64,000 nucleotides of DNA from Octopus vulgaris (Eukaryota). The position numbers and the translations under genes are program-made. The number at the start of each line of letters is the position of its first letter. Within the stretch, counting starts at the first letter, position 1. The notes beneath the pieces are model-generated. The model did not search any database and was not told the DNA's origin. It worked only from the letters and a program-made list of their open reading frames with translations. The stretch is from the NCBI GenBank assembly GCA_951406725.2, contig OX597817.1, forward strand, positions 63,736,001 to 63,800,000, read 5' to 3'. This document shows, piece after piece, positions 55,570-64,000 of this stretch.

Positions 55570-56030
55570 CATTATCATCATCATCATCATCGTTTAACGT
55601 CCGCTTTCCATGCTGGCATGAGTTGGATGGTTTGACTGGGGACTGGTGAGCCAGATGGCTGCACCAGGCTCCAATCTGATCTGGCAGAGTTTCTACAGCT
55701 GGACGCCCTTCCTAACGCCAACCACTCCGAGAGTGTAGTGGATGCTTTTACGTGCCACAGGCACGAGGGCCAATCAGGCGGTACTGGCAACGGCCACACT
55801 CAAATGGTATTTTTACGTGTCACCTGCACAGGAGCTAGTCCAGTGGCACTAGCAACGCCGTCGCTCGAATGTTGCTTTTCATGTAACACCGGCACAAGTG
55901 CCAATAAGGCGACGATGGTAACGATCACGCTCGAATGGTGCTTTTTATGTGCCACCGGCACTGGCAACGATCATGCTTGGATGGTGCTCTAAGTGCTTCT
56001 CTAGCATGGATGCCAGTCATGCGGTGCTGT
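55570..56030 (-). mobile_element. SINE-like family D with (CAT)n/(ATG)n end and internal minisatellite
   Basis: catcatcatcgtttaacgtccgctttccatgc...ggacgcccttcctaacgccaaccac. Related copies at ~2150-2260, 58770-59200, 63020-63400 and, reversed, ~60240-60560. Confidence 0.75.
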
Positions 56031-56879
56031 TATCGAATTTGATTTGTATTTGTAATGTGCAAATCAGTTGGTTGATTTCTTTTTCTTAAGATCCAAGCTT
56101 ATCCAGACTGACAGTCAAGCATTTACTTACAGACCCAAGTGCTTCAATTATTATTGATATAAGTGTAAATTTGTAATCTGGATATAAAAGCTGGAGGTTT
56201 TGAGGCAGTTGTCCATAGTTATCTTCAACACATCTATACATACAACACATCTATTTATTTTTAATATGTTCTGGCAGATTCAAACATGAAAATCTGATCA
56301 CTGTTGTTTTTTGGCCCCTGGAGAACAGCTCCTTACTTTAGGCTATGTTTTGTAGGTGGCATAAAACAATAATGATCAGATATTCATGTTTGTTATTAGG
56401 ATATGTTAATGTTTAAATCTCTCAGTTCTGCATGCATCACATGAATTCTTATCTGTTTGACAGACATCTGCATACATCAGCAAATAATTTGCTTGCTGAT
56501 TCCTATAAATAAGAGCTAATGCTCTTGTGAGAGTTGTAAGTCCAGTCGGGTATCTTCAACTGAGGAGATACACAATAGGGTCGAGTAAGTTGCAATATCT
56601 CAAAGTCCCCTTCTTACATAGGTGAACCAGTGGATCATGTGTGTTATGAATACACATCATATAATGAGAGGAAGTGTTTTCTAATGGCAAACAAACAATT
56701 CAGCATGGTAGATGGATGTTAAGTTATGATGGTGGTGGTGGTGGTTATAGTGATGAGGAGGAGGTGCAGGGGAGGAGGAGGAGGCTGGGGCAGAGGCTGG
56801 GGGGGAGGAGGAGGAGGAGGAGGAGGATATCAACTAAATATATAAAAAGCAATTACAACAAGAAAGGGATAATGAAACA

Positions 56880-57662
56880 GCTCAGAAAGTTTCATGTTTA
56901 ACTTTTTGAGATTTTTTTGATAAAATAATTAAAACCAAGAAATGAATTTCAATGAATTTAATATCATTCACCAGACATCTCTGGTTAGTGTTATATAACA
57001 ACAAATCTGAAGATAATGGTTTTGGCTGATTTGGTTCATTGACAAAACATTCAAAGATCATGTCAAACAATTCTTAAGTTAGTTTTGTTTAGTAACAAGA
57101 TCAAAGGATATAAATATTGCTCACAAACACATTTCAACTCTTTTAAATATCATTTTCCTTTGTTATTTATCAACAAATCTGTAATCTGTAATTTGTCTGT
57201 AGAAAAACCTTCAAGCAATGTCATTCAGCAGGAAGTTATTTTTCTGTTAATACTGTTCATTAACAAATCTTCAAATAATCTTGATTAATATAAAAATCTT
57301 TAAGTAATTTAATTTCCATAATAAATTTCCTTTACATTTCATTATCTTTAGTAAACAATAGGAAAATGATAATACAGTGATAGTGAACAATAAAATCCTC
57401 ATCTTGTATGCAAAAAAAGTGAAAATGAATAGTTCCGTAAAGAAGTTCAGAAGCACTGAATTATGTCTTAGAACAGTACACAAATCACCATCAGAAGGAA
57501 GAATTTGGTAAAAATGTGCATTAATACCAGTTAAAAAGAAAGAAAATGAATGCACTCAAATTTCATGGAAGTTAATCAGCGATATTTACACAACAATGTG
57601 AATGTAATACAGCAGTCAAGAATATATCATACTTTGAAAATTGACAAGAATCATCTTCATTG
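56880..57662 (-). other. Probable 3'UTR of the FYCO1-like gene (end not determined)
   Basis: Repeat-free, CpG-poor, AT-rich sequence directly downstream of the TGA at 57663-57665; no credible ORF. Confidence 0.45.
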
Positions 57663-57723
57663 TCATGAGGTGTCCCCAATTTTATGAACATGGAGTGAAT
57701 AGGTTACTTTCTTTGAAGTCAAT
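57663..57723 (-). CDS. Terminal coding exon of a GOLD-domain protein, probably FYCO1-like (FYVE and coiled-coil domain protein); upstream exons not found in window
   Basis: Minus strand has a strong acceptor (catcttttctttacag|A) with a ctaat branch-like motif about 30 nt upstream. Phase-2 reading gives (R)LTSKKVTYSLHVHKIGDTS*. This resembles, from recall, the end of the FYCO1 GOLD domain (FDNTFS-RFVSKKVFYHLTV); SEC14-like GOLD ends are similar. Followed by unique AT-rich UTR-like DNA. Confidence 0.6.
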
Positions 57724-57773
57724 CTGTAAAGAAAAGATGAAGAATATTTGATTAGCTGAATAAAATACTGAAT

Positions 57774-58230
57774 TCAAATTTTGGCACAACGCCAGCAATT
57801 TCGGGGGAGGGAGTAAGAAGATTGCATTGACCTTAGTGCTCAACTGGTACTTATTTTATTAAAGGCGGCGAGCTGGCAGAAACGTTAGCATGCCAGGCGA
57901 AATGCGTAGCCGTATTTCGTCTACCGCTACGTCCTGAGTTCAAATTCCGCCGAGGTCAACTTTGCCTTTCATCCTTTCGGGGTTGATAAATTAAGGACCA
58001 GTTACGCACTGGGGTCGGTATAATTGACTTAATCCGTTTGTCTGTCCTTGTTTGTCCTCTCTGGGTTTAGCCCATTGTGGGTAGTAAAGAAATAGGTACT
58101 TATTTTATCAGCCCTGATAGAACGAAAGGCAAAGTCAGCTTTGGCAGAATTTGAACTCAGAACATAAAGATGGACAAAATGCTTAGCAGCATTTTGGCCA
58201 GCATCTTAACAATTCTGACAGCTCACCATC
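57774..58230. mobile_element. Nested SINE family B: plus copy (57860-58094) inside a minus copy
   Basis: Inner TSD ggtacttattttat (57846-57859 / 58095-58108); outer TSD ttagctg(a/t)ataaaatactgaat (57752-57773 / 58231-58252). Confidence 0.9.
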
Positions 58231-59764
58231 TTAGCTGTATAAAATACTGAATCTTCAAAGTACAGCAATGTAATAACATAAAATATATTTGATATTAGAT
58301 AGGATAAGAACCACTTTGTAACAGAGAAGAGAGCAATGGGCATTAACAGAATTTTAACCAGATATCTATTGCTTCTCAAATGAATGTGGTAACCAATTAT
58401 GCTACACAGGGCCTGTCTATAACAAAGTAAAAGCTTTTATCAACCATCTCAGGATGGACCCAAAATGTTGCCCTGCTCACCTCCCAAATGATATGTAAGA
58501 TCAAGATGACTTGCATGATTAAGTTAGGTAAATTCAGGCAAATTCAACCAGATAGTATCACCAACTTAATTTAATGATTTGCATATTTAATATAACACTT
58601 ATTAAAACTCTCTTAACATAAAGTTTTCTTTCATATTTCCTAGGACAGCTTTAAAACCTTAACATAAATTTCTTGCATATTGTTTTTTTTTTTTCTTTTT
58701 ACCCAAGTTTTCTATAACAGCTATAAAGTGCTTACAAGTAACTATTCTTTAAATCTAATATAGCAAAAAGAACATCATCATCATCATCATCAATAACATT
58801 TAGCGTCCATTTTCCATGCTAGCATTGACAAGAATTGAGAAAGCCAAGGACTACACCAGGTTCCATAGTCTATTTTGGCTTGGTTTCCATGGCTGGATAC
58901 CCTTCCTATTGCCAACCACTCCACAGAGTGGACTGAGTGCCTTTTACATGGCACCATCACCAGTGCTTTTTATGTGGCACCATCACCAGTGCTTTCTAAA
59001 TGGCACTATTGCCAGTGCTTTTTATGTGGCACTATCACCAGTGCTTTTCACACGCCACCATCACTAGTGCATTTTACATGACACCAACACCCACACCAAT
59101 GCTTTTTACACAGCGCCTTGGTTTTTTGGATCTCAGTTCTGCTGTGGTGGGTGGATCTTCTCAAGAACAGTAATGCACCACATTTCTTGTACTTTTAAAT
59201 TGCTCAGGGCAGCGTAGGGCAGTATATTGTTTTTGTTCTTCTTTCCCAGTTCAGCTCTCATCCAACAGATCTATGATCAAAACAGTTTCAAACACTAATC
59301 ATCCAGTTTTATTTCCAAAGATAGTGTATCTAGAACTACATTATCCAAGGAATACCACCACTTTTAAAGAAAGTAGGATATGATTTGAAGATTTAGGTAC
59401 CATTTCTAGCAGTTAAGTAATTGTACAGATGCTGTGTTGACAGAAATGGTTGAGCACAGGATGAAATATATTACAGAATTTAGTTCCGACCGTCTTTATT
59501 TTAAATTCAAATCATGTTATGGTTATCAATACTATCTTTTATCTCAATAAAATCACTGTCAATAGCATACACAACATTGAAGACGATGCCTTTGAATTAT
59601 TTATTTAAAACAATTCTATTTTTTACTACATCAAAAAATGTATAATCTTGTGTGTATATTTATTGATTCATTCTTTCATCAATACTGCAGCAAACACAAT
59701 TGAAGGCAACGCTTCACTGATCAGGTCAGAATAAACCAAAACACGTCCAAAATTGTCTCCCATA

Positions 59765-60130
59765 CTCTTTTACTCTCTTACTTGTTTCATTCATTTGACT
59801 GTGGCCATGCTGGAGCACTGCCTTTAGTCAAGCAAATTGACTCCAGGACTTATTCTTTGTAAACCTAGTACTTATTCTATCGGTCTCTTTTACCAAACCG
59901 CTAAGTTGCGGGTACGTGAACACACCAGCATTGGTTGTCAAGCGATGTTGGGGGGACAAACACAGACACACAAACATATATATATACACATATATACGAC
60001 AGGCTTCTTTCAGTTTCCGTCTACCAAATCCACTCACAAGGCTTTTGGTCGGCCCGGGGCTTTAGCAGAAGACACTTTACCAAGGTGCCACGCAGTGGGA
60101 CTGAACCTGGAACCATGTGGTTTGTAAGCT
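59765..60130 (-). mobile_element. SINE family A
   Basis: Near full-length reverse copy. Confidence 0.9.
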
Positions 60131-60699
60131 ATGAAAATCACATTCACCATTGTTAGTCTCTTTCCTCACCATACATTTATTACTAGTTTTTTTGTCGTTT
60201 TCTTTTTTGTTTTAGTTTTCTTTTTTAAATTAAAATTCTAGGTATTAAAACTGGTGCCATGATAAAATGCACTCAACCATTTGAGTGTGGTTCATAGGAG
60301 GGTGGAGAAAAAGTGAGGTTGAGAAGTCTTTTTAAACTTGTTGAGGACATGACCACCTCTCTAGTGCTGGCACCATAAAATGCACCTTGTATACTTCGTA
60401 AAGTGGTTGATGAAAGGAAGGGCACTTAGCCATATAAAAGCAAGCCAAAAATGGCATAGACATATGACTCACCTAAATGGGCAGCAAATTCCAAGTAAGA
60501 ATTGTCTAACTGTGACAACCCATCCAACATGGAAATCAGACTTAAAACGATGCAGACAAATTAACAACAGTAGCAACAATGATGAAACCTAGATGGTATA
60601 TTCATATAAAAAATGTTTCTGCTGCTTTAAGATTCTATTGCAATAGGTACTCTTTCTCTTTCTCTCTCTCCCTCTCCATATATATATATAAAACGATAA

Positions 60700-61008
60700 A
60701 AACGTCACCCTTTTCAAGCCTAGCCAGGCTCATGGGCCCAGTTTCCTGGTTTCTGTGGCGTATGTGTTCCCCCCCAGCTGGACAGGACGTCAGTCCATCG
60801 CAGCGTTACTCAAGAAACAGGAAGAGAGAGTGAGAGAAAGTTGTGGCGAAAGAGTACAACAGGGGTCACCACCACCCCCTGCCAGAGCCTCGTGGAGCTT
60901 GTTGGTGTTTTCGCTCAATAAATACACACAACGTCTAGTCTGGAAATCGAAACCATAATCCTCCGACTGTGAGTCCACTGCGCTAACCACTGGGCCATTG
61001 CACCTCCA
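60700..61008 (-). mobile_element. SINE family C, CpG-decayed copy
   Basis: Reverse complement of 44509-44800 with CG>TG/CA changes. Confidence 0.88.
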
Positions 61009-61083
<75 letters not shown>

Positions 61084-61523
61084 ATTTGTTCCAAATATTA
61101 GCTTAATAATGACAAAAGTTATTTTACTAAATGCTTCATTATTTTAAAACTTAATTGAAATAATATATTTCAACAGAAATATGGTAACATAAGTGTGAAA
61201 AGAAAACAGTAGAATCCAAGGAAACTAGTAGTAGCCTGCATTAACATAGATCAAATATAAAAAAAAAATTATCAAAGTGTAATTAGATAATAGCCTGCAA
61301 AGGAGAAAATAATTCTGACATTTTGCATAAGACACTTTGTTAAAGAGAGGGATAGATAAAATACATGCTAGTAATGACAGATGATTTAATATTTAATAAC
61401 TACATTATGTAAGCTATCTAAATATGATTTCCTAAATTATATCTAATTAATATCACAATCTAAATATTAGATAATTAGACAGTCTAATATTTTCATTGCT
61501 CATAATTAAAACAGGTTTATTAA

Positions 61524-61700
61524 CCCTTTAGCATTTAAACAATCACGTCTGGCCCAAATATTGTACCTGTTTTATGATGAAACTGACCAGATCTGGCATC
61601 TCATTCCTATTCTACAATGTCAGTGTACAAATAAACAATGACATGATCAAAATCTCAAAGCGATAAAACAATGCATAATTATTTCAAAACAAGGGAAGAG
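61524..61700. mobile_element. Truncated copy of the piggyBac-type MITE
   Basis: ttaa|ccctttagcatttaaac...; aligns by eye to the reverse complement of 23091-23310. Confidence 0.7.
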
Positions 61701-62699
61701 ACATTCTCTGATAGCAAAATACACTAGAAATCAGTATAGTCACATTCAAATCTGCCAGAACATATTAAGAATGGATAGATATGTTATTGTTTATATTTTC
61801 ACTGTTTTGCATGCACCTAATAAATAATTATCAGTTTGGTAGATACATCAGCAATAATTTGTTTGTTGATTTATATAAACAAAAGCTTGTACACTTGTTT
61901 AGATTCATTGATCTAATGTGGCTTGGACCAAAGAAACACAATAAGGCTGAAACACCCTGGTGTCTTAAAGCCCCTTATATTATGAATTGCATATATTATG
62001 AATACACATCATCTAAAGAGAGGAGTTGTTCTTCAACGACAAAATACAACAGTGATCAGCAGATTCATGTTCAAATCTGAATATTAAGAATGAAAATATG
62101 TTACTGATGTCCAATTTCTTGACTTAGATTTCAATTCTACTGAAGAATGCGAATTAAATTTTGTATCCTTAACTGCTAAATGTGACGAAACTTACAAATC
62201 ATTAAATACAAACTGGAACCTGAAGAAACTAGGGGTGGTGTGTGATAGAAAATTCAGCTAATAAAGTTGGGATACCTGAAGAAAAGTTTATGCTGTATGG
62301 AGACATAATATTTAATGTTGCATACAGGTCTTTTCCAAACTTATCAATCATTAGATAAAAATTAGAGGGCAAAATTTAATTTACAAATTCAGTTAAGTTT
62401 GTATGACACACTAGTAATATTTCTAGCAGAACCCTTTGGAATGAAAAGAATAAGTAGAATAAGTAGCAAACTAAAATATGTATTGTGGTCAGTACAATTA
62501 ACTAAACACTTGATAGTGGCCCAGCAAAGTTGTCATTCAACAACTCAGTAGAAAAATAAAAGAATATACAGTGCATGTCTATTTATAAGCAAGTTTATTA
62601 TTTCCTTCTCTAAAGGACTCTGACCAAAATGTCAATGCTCCTGTATCTTTCAATCATAAAAACTTATTTGAATCTGCAAACTTTACAAAGCATTAATTG

Positions 62700-62925
62700 C
62701 TATTATTGGCATTGTTATATTTTGGTAGAACCATGTTTGTCAATTTGCTGTAATTAATAGATATATGCATTGTTAGTTATATAATCACTGCTCTAATAAA
62801 CATTACTGGTATTGTTGTATTTTGGTAGAGTCATGTTTGTCAATTTACCCCACTTAATAAACACATGCGTGAACAGTTATATTATCACCTTATTATTTGA
62901 GTTGACTTCTGCTCTAATAAACATT
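62700..62925. repeat. Diverged ~100-bp tandem duplication
   Basis: tattttggtaga..catgtttgtcaattt ... tgctctaataaacatt occurs twice. Confidence 0.75.
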
Positions 62926-64000
62926 GGTCTGGATTTAATCTTAATGTGTGTTAACTTGTAGCTTTAAGTTGACCAATTTCTTGAGAGAGGATTCTGATTG
63001 AGAGAAACTATGTAGAAGCCTACTGGCATCATCCTCACCATTTTACACCTGTTTTTCAGTCCTGATATGAGTAGGATGGCTTATCACTATCCAAGATGCT
63101 TCTGTTTTGAAGCTACCGCCCTCCATGAAAGGTTTGTGGACTACGTCTCACTTGTATGTTCCATTTTTGACATGATTTCTATAGCTTGATACCCTTCATA
63201 AGGTTGATACTTTACAATACTGTAATGGGTATGGTTTATGGTAGTATCAACATTAGAGAAGTTGTCTTGCCCTCTGCAAGATCAAAGAGTCCTCCCTAAC
63301 ACTATGTTGTCTGAGCTCATCCACCAACCACTCTATAGAATATATCATATGTGGTTTATCATGGCACCATCACTAGACATTGTTTTGTCCCCAGTAAGGG
63401 GATCTTTTTACAATATCTCAACTTGTTCAAAGCAGCATGATCAAGAAGCTGATAGAGAGATTGACAAATGAGAGAGAACCAAAGTGAGGAAGTGATAAAA
63501 GGGAGCTTATGATAGGTAAAACAGTGATAGGGGTAAGAATGTGATAGAGGAGCAAGTAAAAGGCCACATACTGTGATGGGTGGCTACATGTTGGTGATGG
63601 GTAAAGTGATTGAATAGAAAAACAGAATCAGCAGCATGATGAAAGAAAATATAATAACAGGAGAGAGGCAAGGTTATGGAAGCAAAATTAATAGAAATGA
63701 GAGAGAGTGATGTATATGATAGAGGAAGGACTAATGTGACAGAAAGAATGGTGGATAGCAATAATGATGGGTGATGGTATGTCTGCTGTTATGTTCTGAG
63801 TTCAAATTCTTTTCGGGGTCAATAAATTAAGTACCAGTTGTGCACTGGGGTCGATGTAATTGACTTAATCCCTTTGTTTGTCCTTGTTTGTCCCCTCTCT
63901 GTTTAGCTCTTTGTGAGCAATAAAGAAATAAGAAGATAATATTAGTATTAAATACATACAGATCTACTGCCATCCTTCATTACACAGGTGGCATGATGGA

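Noticed and set aside
57271-57555. 94-aa hydrophobic ORF
   Set aside because: Lies in the AT-rich presumptive 3'UTR, with composition typical of chance T-rich frames.
62195-62276. Candidate exon between ttcttcag acceptors and a gtaagt donor in the FYCO1-like intron
   Set aside because: The long form has stops in all frames; the 24-nt form is frame-compatible but lacks the expected FDN motif and any other support.

Overview
AT-rich, repeat-dominated eukaryotic DNA. The tRNA-derived SINE families and dense (TA)n/(CA)n/(TACA)n microsatellites resemble an Octopus (coleoid cephalopod) genome; this is inferred from repeat style only. Almost all supplied ORFs are microsatellite or SINE artefacts. 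Real coding signal is limited to two items. (i) A minus-strand terminal exon at 57663-57723 (R-LTSKKVTYSLHVHKIGDTS*) resembles the C-terminal GOLD-domain end of FYCO1-type proteins; its 3'UTR and a CpG-depleted intron run to the window end. (ii) A possible minus-strand internal exon lies at 1-70. The rest is a graveyard of mobile DNA: four SINE families, decayed Ty3/Gypsy pol, several Penelope-like (RT/GIY-YIG) remnants, an R4/Dong-like LINE end, hAT and Tc1/mariner remnants, MITEs, a non-autonomous Helitron and an A-tract satellite. The least-explained structures are short hammerhead-ribozyme-like and fold-back elements beside (TA)n tracts, a SINE-derived inverted minisatellite with a direct-repeat flank, and nested opposite-orientation SINEs next to the last 3' splice site. 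I found no convincing novel protein-coding system. Boundaries of decayed elements are approximate (read by eye).
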